Positions 36,392 to 49,438 are shown, counted from the first letter of the whole stretch. The stretch is DNA of 62,383 bases, filler included, from Choristocarpus tenellus KU-1152 (GCA_964200185.2; 8 parts of 8 records of this genome joined end to end with filler, not necessarily neighbours in it), one strand, 5' to 3'. Notes: generated from the sequence alone by a model not told the origin. Numbers and translations are program-made.

Positions 36392-39300
36392 TTAGCGCCG
36401 TGCACCACCCCGAGGAGCCCTGCCATAACCGCAATGTGTAGATGAGGTGGGTGTGTGTGTATGAGGAAAGGGAGTCATGGTAGTTGCATAGTATACAAGA
36501 GTATGCCCTCAGGACTGGGTCCATTTACAATATTTCCACTGTTCCCCCAAGTGGAAGAGACATCTCACCATTGAGCCAGAAATATTACTGAATATTGGTG
36601 CTAAAGAAAATGACACGGCAATACATATTGAACATAGAGTGAGGCATCACTATAAGTAAAAAAGTTACAAGCATGCACTTCCACTATATTGTTAGTAAGC
36701 TATGAAAACTCCCTTGAAGCACTAGACAGGACAAGGATTTTTGTGCTTATTCCCCTTTTCACTAGATATTATGCAACACGCCAACGGAAAAGGACAATTT
36801 AGTACCAATCCTAAAGTTTTTCCACTAATCTGTAAGCTTAGATTATCACCAACCTATCTCTATCCCTCTTACCAAACCCCAGTTGTACTTGTGTCATGTC
36901 CACCGCTATGTCATGTTCAACCCCAAAAGTGCTTACTTGAGAGCATCAACAATCGCATCAGTTTGGCCAAGGTACTGTTTTCCCCCAAATTAGTGGAAGT
37001 CAACTGAAATTTTTCTTGTTGATGGAAACAAAGCGGTTTTCGTTTTCTTTCACATTTTCTTTTACTGGAACCCTAAGTGCAATTGACCCTAAGTAACATT
37101 ACCAGAGGTGCATGCAACAAGAGATAACAGCAAAAAAATTGATGTTGGTCATAAATGAAACTAACACTCATAATTATATTCTAACGACTGCAGTGCCTGT
37201 AATCACCAAAATTCAACTCACTACACCAACCAATTGCCACATAAAACCTCTCGACAAACACAATCTTTAAAGAGCAACACAGTTGGGATATACTCAATTG
37301 ACTCACTCCCTGGAGATCTATTTTCTATTTTGCAGAGAAAAGTGCTATTAGCAATAGTTCTACCACAAGCACACTGCATATGGAGTGGTTTTTGTTAACC
37401 CAAGGACCCTGCTCCTTCCAACCAAGATGTTTGTCTTACTCTGTAGTTATGGCAAATGTGTTCTTCCTGATACCTCTGCAATGCGGATATTTTAATACTA
37501 TATCAGATGAAACAAGCATTATTTTTTAATCCCTACACAGCAGCAAAAACTAAAAACTACACATCTTTTCACAAGCATTTTTACCTCCAACAACGATATA
37601 AAACCCCCAATGTATTTGCTGCAGTGGGTACACCCACTTATCCGGCATGACAAAAAGACAGAGCAAGAAGTTTGTGCACATTTTACAGCAATAGTAATTT
37701 CCTTAATATCCTCTGTCCAGTTGCATATGCCAAAAAACACTGTGTAGCCTAAATAAATCCAGTGTGATAAAACTAGAAGCCCATGCAAATGCTCCTGATA
37801 AATTGCCACTAACATCAACCAACTCAACTAACCCTAACCCTCTTAATCATGCGCAAAAAAAAAGATAAGTGATACATGCAGGAAGCACTCACCCTCCACC
37901 ACCCTTGACCTTTGAAGCCATTGGCTTTGCCTTTTGGGCAACGCTGTTGCCCTTAGCGCCAGACTTGGCTGCCTTACGGGCCTTAACCTCACTAAGGTTC
38001 AATTCCAGCAAAACAGGTGTTGCATAAAAGGAGGTCATGATAATTGAAGGGGCAGCTTGTTAGGAAAATATCAACAGGGAGCTACATGCAGAATTACTTG
38101 CAAAACCTGCACTTATCATGCCTTTTTTTTGTTGCAAATCCTCACTACCAATAAGATCAACAAACCAGGGTGGATGAAAGAAGTTTCAAGTAATGTCATT
38201 TTTATGATGTCACATTCATTCAAACCATAAGTAGGACACAATGTTCGTTTCGGATTAGTGTCATTCCTGAATCTATAACACACCATTACAGCAACTCCAA
38301 TTCACCTGCATCTACATCTGTACAAAACAAACCCATAATTGAATGACGACCAACAAGTATGGATTATTCAGCACAAGTGGGGAAAAATTAACACTAGATA
38401 AAAGATACTGCAGGCGTAGGCAGAGTGGGAAGGAGCGACTCACGCGAGAGCAGCCTCGCGCTGGGCGCTGCGAACCTCTGGGTTCTGCTGGCGCTTCTTC
38501 TTGATTTCTTCCAAGGAGGCACCCACAATAGCACGGTTCAGCTTGGTTGCCTTGCGTGCCCTGGAAAAGGTTTAAAGGCCATGCACAGACGAGAAAGGAG
38601 GATTAATCATTAAGACCTAACGGAGGCCAGTGCTCACACTGGTCAACAGATAAGGGTCTTTGATAGAGGAACAACCTGCTGCTGCACTACCTTAAACAGC
38701 ATTATTGACACCAGACAAATGTAGCACTTTCAATTATTTCTAGCCTTTAACTTTACTCTCTTCATTCCATGAAGCATCCAAATTGTGCTACTAAGGGGAG
38801 GAGGCCTTTTGGCCTCTTTCAAGTCAGCTTCTACTTTATGTAACTGGAACACGAGTAGGGCCTTAATGCCACCAAGGAGCACGTAATCAAAGTACAACTT
38901 CCCTCGGTGGGCAAGTACGCTTTCTTAAACGAAAGGAAGGCCGTTTACCATAACCAATGAGTGGAACCTATATTTAGCGCGCGCTTCCAAGACATACCGG
39001 CGTCTGGTGACCTCATCGACCTTGATCTTCTTGTTCAGACGCCTCCACGCCTGCTCATCAATGTACAAAATGGGGTTAAAAACATTAGAAATAAAATTTG
39101 ACAAGGAGGGATACCAAAGACAGTTCAACGCTAAGCGTTGATGATACGATACAAAAGATAAAACAAATAACTTGAGGTATAAAATACCTAGAGGAGTAAA
39201 GAGAGGAATTCAACCAAGCCGAGATTGCTCTACCCAGCACTGCCCAGTAGAATAGATTCACATTCTCATGCGGGAGATATGTCTATTCAGGATCAATGGA

Positions 39301-39798
39301 CAGGAGTTTACCTGGGTCCAGGTAAGCTTGGCGGGTTTCTTGCGCTGGACCAACAGACTCTTGCACTTAGCCGAAGACAGCGTGATCGGCTGCGGTGAAG
39401 AGAGAGAGGAGAGGTAAAAAGGGACATGAAATTTTATATTCACAAGAATAAAAGATATTCGACTATACAAGCAACGCCGCAACACTGCCGATAATTACGA
39501 AAACTTCTCCCATCACGAGGAGTCCTTCCTCCTTACCCCTCCGACTCCAAAATCTCTTGCTAGGACTATACTACTAGAAAAGACCCCAGGAGGATGAGCA
39601 CAAAGGTGAATTGTCGATCTTCTGAGTCGAGAAAGTTACTGGGCCACAGTAATCCGTAGTAATCGCTTCTTGCTTTCATCACGCCCACACCATTCCCTCC
39701 TCCCACCGCACCTGGCCGTCCCGACGGATGAAGCGCATGCCATGGCCTGGGTAGATGCGATATTCACTGAACGCACATACATCCGTCTTAATCACCAT
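36392..39798 (-). CDS. RPL24: 60S ribosomal protein eL24 (153 aa, 6 exons)
   Basis: Exons 39798-39712, 39389-39312, 39050-38998, 38560-38444, 37991-37893, 36419-36392. Reads [63 protein letters not shown]../..[20 protein letters not shown]/..EVKARK../GAPRGGARR*. Confidence 0.96.
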
Positions 39799-39997
39799 GG
39801 TTTCAAAGGGGCCGAGCGGGACCGGCCAGCAGTCAAGTCGAGCTCGACAACTACAGTATGTTGGCTTCCCCACCACTCCATCACAACCCCACAAAAAATG
39901 TTATTGTTTTCAAATAAGGCCTCGAAGGTTCCATCAACCCCACGATGGTAATATCACATCAAAACGACACACAGGATCGAAGTCAGAACTGGGAAGG
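39799..39997. promoter_or_regulatory. Putative bidirectional promoter between RPL24 and the carrier gene
   Basis: Only 199 bp separate the divergent ATGs (39798 minus, 39998 plus). Confidence 0.55.
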
Positions 39998-41604
39998 ATG
40001 CGTTGGCGTCTCAACCTGTGTCTGCTTCTCCTGGGCTGGTCTCCATGTGAAGTTCAAGGAGAATCTCCTTGGACCTTCGGTTTGAGGTTGGGGTCATTGA
40101 TAAATGTCCATGGCGCAGGAACCAAGGGTCAAAATGGGGAGAATGAAGTAGAGTCAGAAAGGATGCCTAGAAATGTCATCAACGCAGAAGGAACGGAATG
40201 TATTGATAACGAAGATATTGTAAAGAAGAAGAATCCCTTAAAATATTGCATTGTGTGGGTCAAGGAACTTCATGTGGAGTGGGGATGTTTAAGGCCAAGG
40301 GAAATGCGAGAGACGATAACCGACTTGAAGAGCAGGGTGTTGGTGATGAGGGGAGGGGCGGGAGTGACGGGAAGAAGGCAATGGGATAACACAGTGGAGG
40401 GACTGAAAAATGCGTTAGCAAGCGGTCTAGCTGCTGCATGCGTTAAGACAGTCTTGCAGCCATTCGACACCGTCAAGACAGTGCAACAGTTCAGCACTAC
40501 CAGGTATGGCGATCGGTATTTTTGAAGCCCAGATCCAATATGTGAACGCCCCCGACATCGCCTATAAGCGCATTAAAGCAATTAATAAATCGGGGGGATG
40601 TCGATGTTACTTGCCATGCTGCCCTTCGCATTATCCTTCTAGGTTGTTGCCACATGCAAATCCTCAGACCCACCAATTGAGGCTTTTGCATCTCACGCTA
40701 GTTCCCCCCCTCCACCGGTTTCACACTTGGCAGGATGTCATTCTTCCAGGCAGGGCAGGATATTATTGTGCGGGGTGGTGTCCCAGAACTATACCAAGGT
40801 CTAGGTGTTACCCTGGTCGGTTCAATTCCTGCGGTTGGGGTGTACTTCGGAATTTATCAGTTCATCAAGAAGCAAATGGATACTAGACAAGAAATTTCTC
40901 CGTATGTTGGCATAACTGTTAGCGCCGGGATTGGAAACTTCGTGGCCAGGTGAGTTCTGACAAACAGACTGGATGCTGAGGGAAGAACTACAAACTGAAA
41001 GCTGGGTTCTGTACCAGTCGTCTCCTACTGGAAGATCCAATATGGATATTTCCCTCCATGTACATGTTGAGGCCTTTCATTGCTCTCCCTTGCTAGGAGA
41101 GAAGGAATCATTGCAACTTCAGGCAGGGGGGCTGTGATCATGAGTTTGATATTGTTGAGCACCCCACACTAATCTACCACCTTTTTGTATGTGGCGATTC
41201 TGTATTTGACGACAATTTCATGAGGAGGGTGGGTGGGTCAAGAATTGGAACATATGGATTTCTGGCGGACAAACAAGTATTTCTATCGCGAAATGTTTTC
41301 AATTGAAGCTCTAACTTGCTTGTTCTGCTCAAGATGAGGAATGAGCTGGCTTAGACAGACATACATGCCATTCAGGGTATGATTAGGCATTGAATTGGCA
41401 ACTTATCTAAGAAATGGCAAGCGTTCACCTCACCCTCCTTACCTCTCTTCCTGGTGCTACATTTGGACCCTTGTGGGCATTACCTTGTTTTGTTTTTTGT
41501 GTCTGGACAGTTTCTTCAGGGTCCCTTACGAGGTGGTCAAGCAACGCCTGCAAGCTGGGATGTATCCAACGACCATTGTTGCATTGCAATCCATCTATGA
41601 ACAG
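39998..41604 (+). CDS. Mitochondrial carrier family (SLC25) protein, S-adenosylmethionine-carrier-like, with long signal-peptide-bearing N-terminal extension (3'-truncated)
   Basis: Exons 39998-40503, 40734-40949, 41511-41604. Carrier signatures ASGLAAACVKTVLQPFDTVKTVQQ, LYQGLGVTLVGSIPAVGVYFGIYQ and FRVPYEVVKQRLQAG. Confidence 0.88.
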
Positions 41605-42368
41605 GTATGTGAAATCTGAGCACCCTTGAGATGCTGCTGTTATTGTTCATGGGGGTGTGGGGGGTTATGCACTCTCCTTCTTGTGCTGTCCTACTGTGTA
41701 CTGTAGAGTAGACAGATCACTAGCCACTTGAGTCAGGAGGATTTGTCAGTATATCATAAACCAGGTCTATGAGCTTCGATGTGCTGAACTGAATTGAATT
41801 TATGAGGTGGTTGTGAGAAAACAGTGAGCTCTACGGTGAGATTTGCAGTTAATTGCGCAGCGTGCATTTTTGTGAGAAAATAGTGAAACAGTTCAAATTA
41901 TTTTCATCTTAACCTTTAACCCAATTTCATCAACACAATTGAATCTAAGATTCACATCACTATATATCTCATACAGGAGATGATAAGACTCCATGGTGTT
42001 GTTTAGGCAATTCGTTTTGTGTGAAGGAAATGCGGTTCATCCTAGTCTGTCGACAAGAAAAAATGCACATTCAGCCCACTTTTGCCATTTGGTTACATGT
42101 CCCTGTTTCAATATTGCACCTCGATTTCCACAATACAGTGCAATTTCTCAATTTTGTCATCATATGATGTTTTGTGTTCAGAGTCAGGTGGTTACAGGAG
42201 GGGGTTTCATTTACTTGCAAGTTAATACATGAGAGTTGATGAGACAAGTATGCAATCCTGCATTGTTTCCCATGCTTTTGCCTCCAAGGGCTCAACACAA
42301 CACCGCCTTGTGCCAAAAAAAAAAAAACTCCTCCGCCTTGGATGCCCCCCTGCTCTTCAATGTGCAAT

Positions 42369-42468
42369 NNNNNNNNNNNNNNNNNNNNNNNNNNNNNNNN
42401 NNNNNNNNNNNNTTAATTAATTAANNNNNNNNNNNNNNNNNNNNNNNNNNNNNNNNNNNNNNNNNNNN
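42369..42468. other. Artificial contig linker
   Basis: N44-TTAATTAATTAA-N44. Confidence 0.98.
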
Positions 42469-43302
42469 GTATGTAAGGCAACATTGTTGTAGGGGGGGGG
42501 GGATGGGAGAGGAAGGGCTGGTCTGATGGGGGGGGGAAACGCCCGAGTTGTGCTCCTTCCAGGTCCTTTGTGTTAATAGGGGGTACCCCATGTCATACAT
42601 ACTTTCTCTGCAATAACGCCTGTTTGTTCATCGAAGGAGTATGATGTGATTTATTGATTAAATGGATCAGCGGTATTGGTACAGACACACAACTTTTAAA
42701 ATCATCATTGGTCTACACTTTTAAAGAGGGTGTGCTTCTCACACGGCAAACTTTCCTAGCACCTATACTTAGGTGTATGTAGCAGTCCTGTCACTTTTTT
42801 TTATTTTTTTAATGTACTGTGCGTCTGATATATTATTTTCGCAGGAATGTGAAAATAATATTAGTACTGATTATAGTATTCATAGTAAATTACAGCGTCA
42901 CAGTAGTGGTCGTGTTCTGTCTGACAAAAATTGTAAGGTATGGTACCTGTACCAGGTAGTGAGGTTCATGTGCAGTGCTCATTCCCATACCTGCCCTGGT
43001 TGTCTTTGCCATTGGCATTGCTGTGTACTGTGGGATGTCCCCCCCCCCTCAGTCTTGGCTATACTGTTCTCTCAAGTCTCACCTTCACTTTTGTATTATT
43101 TTTTTCTAAAATTACCCAAACCCTAACCCTAAACCCTTCATTTTGTTTAACTGATGCTGAAATAAATTCAACCTCTCTCCAACCCCCTGCCATGTATGCC
43201 AACAACCTGCAAACCCTCATCCACCTTTTTGCCTACCCTCCCCCCCCCTGCACTTGCACATGCACACCTGTGCTGCCATGATGTTGTACTGCACTGCGAA
43301 AG

Positions 43303-44048
43303 ACAATAACTCATGAGAAGTTGGCTCAGGATGTGGATGACATCATTGAGGACCCGTCCAAGATCAAGCTGAATATCCAAAAGGGCTTGGTGGAGTCATG
43401 TTACTTTCCAATTGTACAGAGTGGGGGGGAGTATGATCTCAAGGTCAGCAGGAATATTTTGATTTGGTTTTGAGGTGGGAACGGGGGGTGGGGGGTGGAA
43501 TTCCAATGCAAATTGAACTGATGAAAGAAGATAAGAGGTAAGATTGAAGTATTTTGTAAGAGTACTCCCCCCCAAAATATATATATCTACATAAATATTA
43601 CACATTTCTTGTCTTTTTCTGTAATATTGTCTCACTCCTGTACTGCTACGCACCTTTACAAGTAGTATTGATACCAATATTGTGTAATCCCTGCCTATCT
43701 CTGTGTGTGTATGTTTGTATTATGTGTGTATTCATGCATATTTTTAATTACATTTTTTGTGTGCTCTAGTCCCGATCCCTTGCTAATCAATCAAGTGTTG
43801 TGTTGTCCCTAGAACAGGCCAGTGCACAGAGCACCTCCAAGGACCTAAAGTATGACATCATTGTGTGTTCGCTTGGGGTGAGATACAAGTCCTACTGCGC
43901 CAGCATGGCACGCTCTTTCTTTGTTGACCCACCAAAAAAGGTGAAATATAAAATGTGATCTACATTAATCTCCCCTTTACATGTATGTGTGTATGAAAGG
44001 TGATTTTTCTTTGTCGGGTTATTTCCTCGTCTCCCCTTGCATATATGA

Positions 44049-44085
<37 letters not shown>

Positions 44086-47000
44086 TCAGTCCCTCTCTGT
44101 TGCTCTTTTTGTGTGAGACTTGACTGTGAATCTCTTACGTTTTAAGGTTTTTTGTATACTTCTAATGAGGTTATTTATTGATGAATTTAGACCATATTTT
44201 TTTATTTCAGGTTGTGGTGTTCGATACAGTTTCTGTAGCTTCTTCCCACTCCCACTTAATATCACCCATGTATTATGTATGTATGGCGTATACAATCTAT
44301 ATACGTCGAATATTGTTTTATGGAGAGATATCTGTACATTAAGAGTCAAATAAATGTACTTGCTGCCTTGTTGTGGTGTGTACTGATAATGAGTGCTTTT
44401 TGCTGGGATAATAGGGTTAGGGTTAGAGAGAGATTGCATCGGTTTGGCGGTAATTACTGGAGTTTGTAGGAGAAGATGTGAATCATGGCAAAGGTAGAGG
44501 GGGATAAGATTCCGGTTGGGGGGTGTTGATAGGTGAGATACCAATGGATGCACAAATGCATTCACAAGCCTTTTTTTATTTGTGTTTTTTTTGTTGTGCA
44601 TAGCTTTACTGTGTACACTGTACATTTCTTAACATTGTGTGTAGGGGGTGTATTGCATACATTACATTGCATTTTGTGAAGAAATAAATCATTAAATAAA
44701 CACTTCAATTTGCATTGGAATATAAATATTCTATGGATGTTTTTATTTATTTGTGGGGTGCTGTATGTATACGTTTTCTACCATGTAAGGCGTTTTTGTC
44801 AGATTTGTTGGTTTCATTGGTGATACAGTAGTAGTAGCAAGAAAAAAAACTTTTTTTATTCCAGTGTAAGGTAAAAATATGGTTACTTTTTTTCTAGCTT
44901 TTGTCTTTCTGGCAGTGACAACTCCGATGAAATCTATTATTTTTTATTTTTTTTGCACGGAAACACTACTGAAGTTGAAATTAAAAAAATTAAGTGCATA
45001 TTATTTGGTTGCACTGACTGTACCCTACTTGTGATGTCATATTGCCTCTTGAGAATTGAGCGTCTATGAAGTTGTATTGGATGCAGGGTTTTTGTATTGT
45101 AAAAACAGTAGTAGTTACATCAGCCTCCTGGTTTCCTGTTAGATATGTGGAAGTGAACAGTATTGTGTTCCACTGCACCCGGCCCTGTTAAGGTTACCGA
45201 TAAGGTTTACTGGTATAGTTTACTGGTAAGGTTTACTGGCAAAGTGTACTCTTACGCAGCGGATTTGTTTGTGTATTGAGGACACTGAGGTATGCATGGT
45301 GCTTGAGTATCGCATTAGTGTATGTAACTGGGCATAGGTGTGTGTTGAGGACATGGGGTATTAATGGGTTTTAGCCTTTTGCATGTGTTGGAGGGGTTTT
45401 CCTTGATGATAATAGGGCTAGGGTTTGTTTTTTGTTAGTGGTACAAAGATGCACACAGTGGCATGTCACAGAAAAAGAGTGTGCAATCATCCAATAGTCC
45501 ACCCTTGACATGGAAGACGGTGTGCAAAAGGCGAAGCTCAAGCGAACCACTTGGAGGCCTGGGTGGGACAGGAATAAAAATTATTACGTGTAGAAAATAT
45601 CTGGAAATTCCTGCATATGGTCTTTTGAACCCTGAACAAACGGTGAACGGAATGTTACATGTCCCATAAAATAAAATAAAATAAATGGAGTACTGCCTCG
45701 CATGCTGTTGTGGAGGTTGTTTTTGTTGAAGTGGTACTCAGTAGGATGATCTTGTCTGTTTGTTGGGTTATTGTGTATGAGTTTAGTTGCGATGGATGGT
45801 GTTAGTGTACAGTTCTGTTGTTGTACGTGGTACTGACAATTGTAAGAAGAGTGCTTCACTTTGAGTGCGTGTATAATCTAATGGGAGTTTGTATTGGCAG
45901 GAAGGTGTCCATTGATATGGATTTTTGTTTTTCCTCGGGGACAAGAGAGAGAGAGAGAGACTTCTGTTGCAGATTGTGACCCCCCCCTCTTATCTCATGA
46001 AGGGTTTTGAATCGGTTGTGACGGGGAGAGAGCGTGAGGTAGTCTCGATGGGTGTGTAGTTGTTAGTTGCCAGCAGGTACCATTGTTTACAATAGGGCTG
46101 TTATGAAGGAGTGAGAAATGAGAAGTGAGAAATTTTCATTGGACGGTAAGGTGAGTGCATTGCATTGAGAGTGATTTGGTGCTTATGGCATGCTGTTTAC
46201 ACAAAATGCCCCGCCCCCCCCGCCCCTCCACCTATTGATTTATTTGTTGAAGGTTCAACAAACGTACAGGACATTGCTGACCCTGTACAGCCGCTGCTTA
46301 GATGAGCTTCGACCAGGCAAGCAAATGAAAGAGGTTGTGGAGTCAGCACATATTTACTTGAACAATAAGGCTGCACACCTCAGACCGCACCTCACCAAGG
46401 CAAGTTTTTAGGGGTTTTGGGGGGGGGGGTTCTCCTGACTCTAATGAGGCTGCAGTTGTGTTTCTTTGTATTGTTTTGCGGGTATTGAATGCGTGGAGTT
46501 TATTGATGTTATAATGTGGCATGGTGCCACAATGTTGAGCCATTGACTATAGTGGTACTCCTGAACTCCTGTTGACGTGTAGGCTCCACGATGTCACCCA
46601 CATTTTTGAAAAACCTAGTGTTATCCTTGCGTTATCTGTGCTGTTACAAGTATATAACATAGGTTTTATGTACGTTTGTCTTTAGTTCAGTACAATACAA
46701 AGTAGTGACGTGCACAGTGGTACGTTATGGTGGGCCAATGGGATATTTATTACAAGTGATATATAGTGGGACAATAGTAGTGATATAGTGATATTGGACA
46801 CCCAGTGGATAATTAATATTCAGTGTTTTGTTTTACCATATAACTCAACTACTTGCTTTTGGCGACGAGCCTTACATGCGCCAAGTTTCTCAACACACAT
46901 ACGGAGAAGCACGAAGTCCAGCATGTGATGCAAGTGTTCCAGGTTGGGTCGTTGTCGCATCCGACACCTTTCTACTATGCAGAAGTTGTGGAGAGAGCGG

Positions 47001-47372
47001 TTGCAAAACACCTACTGCCGGTGTACAACCTCCTCCTTAGGGGTGGATCAGGCCATTCATGAGTTTGGTTTTGTTTTGTTTTGTTTTGTGTGTTCCGACA
47101 GCAAACCCTAACCCTATCCCGAATGGCTATCTGTGTATTTGCAACAGGCCCCGACTTGTACTTGTTAGATGAGTGCAGAATTTTCTAGGAAATTTCAATG
47201 GGTGGATATACCCTGTGCGTATATATATATATATATATATGCATTGTTCGTGGGTTCCCTGTTGATGTGTTCCTTCTTTTTTTATTTGTTTTGCGGTGCA
47301 GTCGTTAGGTTTCTCACTGGGACTGGACTACAGGGACTCTTCGATGCTGATCAGTGCTAAGAACTCTGCAAG
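43303..47372 (+). CDS. SPT16: FACT complex subunit SPT16, internal exons (peptidase-M24-like domain)
   Basis: Exons 43303-43443 (TITHEKLAQDVDDIIEDPSKIKL..ESCYFPIVQSGGEYDLK), 43818-43940 (ASAQS..IIVCSLGVRYKSYCASMARSFFVDPPKK), 46253-46399 (VQQTY..ELRPGK..HLTK) and 47302-47372 (SLGFSLGLDYRDSSMLISAKN); hallmark SPT16 motifs. Confidence 0.92.
44050..44084 (+). repeat. (GT)n microsatellite
   Basis: Perfect TG run in an SPT16 intron. Confidence 0.9.
45191..45251 (+). repeat. 13-bp minisatellite (AAGGTTTACTGGT-like x4)
   Basis: ggtttactggtatagtttactggtaaggtttactggcaaagtgtact. Confidence 0.6.
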
Positions 47373-47474
47373 GTGATACTATTGTCATTATGGTAATGGT
47401 GTGTGTGAGTAAGTGTCATTTTTTTTCCATTCTTGTAAAAAAAAAAAAAGTCATTACCCCCACGCACCCCCAGC

Positions 47475-47574
47475 NNNNNNNNNNNNNNNNNNNNNNNNNN
47501 NNNNNNNNNNNNNNNNNNTTAATTAATTAANNNNNNNNNNNNNNNNNNNNNNNNNNNNNNNNNNNNNNNNNNNN
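47475..47574. other. Artificial contig linker
   Basis: N44-TTAATTAATTAA-N44. Confidence 0.98.
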
Positions 47575-47619
47575 AAAAACAACAAAAAAAAAAAAAAAAA
47601 AAAAAAAAAGAAAACACCG

Positions 47620-47661
47620 CCCCCCCCCCCCCCCCCCCCCCCCCCCCAGATACTTTGACCC
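47620..47661 (+). mobile_element. MITE family A terminal fragment
   Basis: Poly-C followed by AGATACTTTGACCC. Confidence 0.6.
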
Positions 47662-47678
47662 AGGAAAGATAACGTGTT

Positions 47679-48283
47679 TGATACAGGCGAATAGCGTGAG
47701 CATTTCTTCTCGTGTTCTAGCAAGCGCGAGCAGTATACGAGATTCATCGCACATACGTGGCCTTATAGAATAAATGTCGATTTCTTAGAAGTTGCAAGAA
47801 AGTTTTTAAATCTTAGTACATATACATAGCTTATGTCTTGCAACTTGTAGTCTGTAGAAATGTTACAGCACGCTCCAGAACTCACCTTCACAGAATGCGC
47901 AACTCAAATCCAACAACCTCAAAATGACGCTATGGGGGAGTTGCGTTTGATAACAGTTTCTTGGGTGTCAGACAGCCTTCTCTGGATACTCCACTCAATA
48001 CGTAGCTCAAAGCTAATGTTTCGTTCAAGATAAAAGACTGTTTTAAAAGGGGACGATGGATAATGACCAAAAGCCCTTTTTATTATTTTCATCATCTTTA
48101 GACTTCTATGGTAAAAGACATCTGCAAACTGCTCTATAGGTACTCCAATCATAAACCTTTATTCTACAACTTCTTAGACACTTTGACGTTTATTCTGTAG
48201 GCTACCTATGTGCTACTAATCTCGTATACTGCTCGCGCTCGTTAGAACACGAGAAGAAATGGTTGCGCGATTCGCCTGTAACA
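47679..48283 (+). mobile_element. Non-autonomous DNA element family C (~605 bp) with ~120-bp TIRs and TG(T/A)TAC..GTAACA ends
   Basis: Left TGATACAGGCGAATAGCGTGAGCATTTCTTCTCGTGTTCTAGCAAGCGCGAGCAGTATACGAGATT is the approximate reverse complement of right AATCTCGTATACTGCTCGCGCTCGTTAGAACACGAGAAGAAATGGTTGCGCGATTCGCCTGTAACA. Confidence 0.85.
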
Positions 48284-48974
48284 AAAACTGTGTGGGTGAT
48301 ACCAATATTAGAATACTTTGATTGCCACTCATCGTACTCTTGCTCACTCTTTATTTCTCAATAAAAACATAAAATCAAGGTTCGAGCTAAGCACTAAGTG
48401 AAGCATCGAGAGAAGAGTGGCTGACACCCGCACGTGGCTATCAACTGTGGAAATACCCCCGTAGCATCGTTTTAAAGTTTGGGATTGGAGCGCATGTTCT
48501 ATTGATCTTGTTGTCTGCTTGTGTTGATTTTTGATCATGAACATGCGCTCATCATGTTTTCACACTTGGAGTGTTCATCGAAATCATTGTAAAACACTCG
48601 TGCAGCAACTTCAGATCACAAACACGTGTCAAACAAATCATTGACAGCGCATAGCGCTTGCTCCCCTTATCCCCATTCTTGAGTAACCTTTTCTATTCAA
48701 GATATAAGAGACCTATATCCTGGTCCCATATAGCTCTCGCCTCGTATCCAGGCTGACCACATTGCTGATCCCATGCCCTCAGACCTTGATCATGAGCTTG
48801 ATGCGATACTAACCATATTCATCAACCTCACTCGCATTTTGTCTGACTGATATGCTGATCTCATACACTCAGACCTCATAAGCTTCATTGCCACGTTGTC
48901 CACATACCATCAACCTTTGACAAATGATATCCTGATCAGATATCCATTAATGCCTCGTTTATATACTAGACTTC

Positions 48975-49438
48975 ATGTTACAGGCACCCCTCAGAACTCA
49001 CCTCCACAGGATGTACAACTCAAATCCAACGACCTTAAAACGACGCTACGAGGGGGGTCCACAGATGATGACCACGTTTGGTGTCAGTTTGATGCTTAGC
49101 TCTGTCAATCTCTCGCTTTTCGCTTTATCAAAAGAGGTACATCAAAAGAACTGAAGGATGTGGTGGGCCTTCAGCCTTTTATTAACGTTCATCCACCATT
49201 GTTCTACAGCCAAAGAGTTAAATGAAGTCTGCAAACTGCTATGTAGATACTTCGATCATAAATCTTTATTCTGCAACTTTCAAGAATTGGCATCTATTCT
49301 GTGAGATTATGTATATTTCTAATCTTACTCTGCATCTTCAATCAATTCAAAGTTCCTTTTGCATGAATTCTTACGTATGTATACTGTTCGTGCATATTGG
49401 CACGCAGAAAGAAATGCTCGCGCTATTCGCGTGTAACA
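48975..49438 (+). mobile_element. Family C partial copy (internal region and right TIR)
   Basis: CAGAACTCACCTCCACAGGATGTACAACTCAAATCCAAC matches 47877-47913; ends GCTATTCGCGTGTAACA. Confidence 0.75.

Noticed and set aside
39676-39682. GTGATGA C-box-like motif in RPL24 intron 1
   Set aside because: No D box (CTGA) at a suitable distance.
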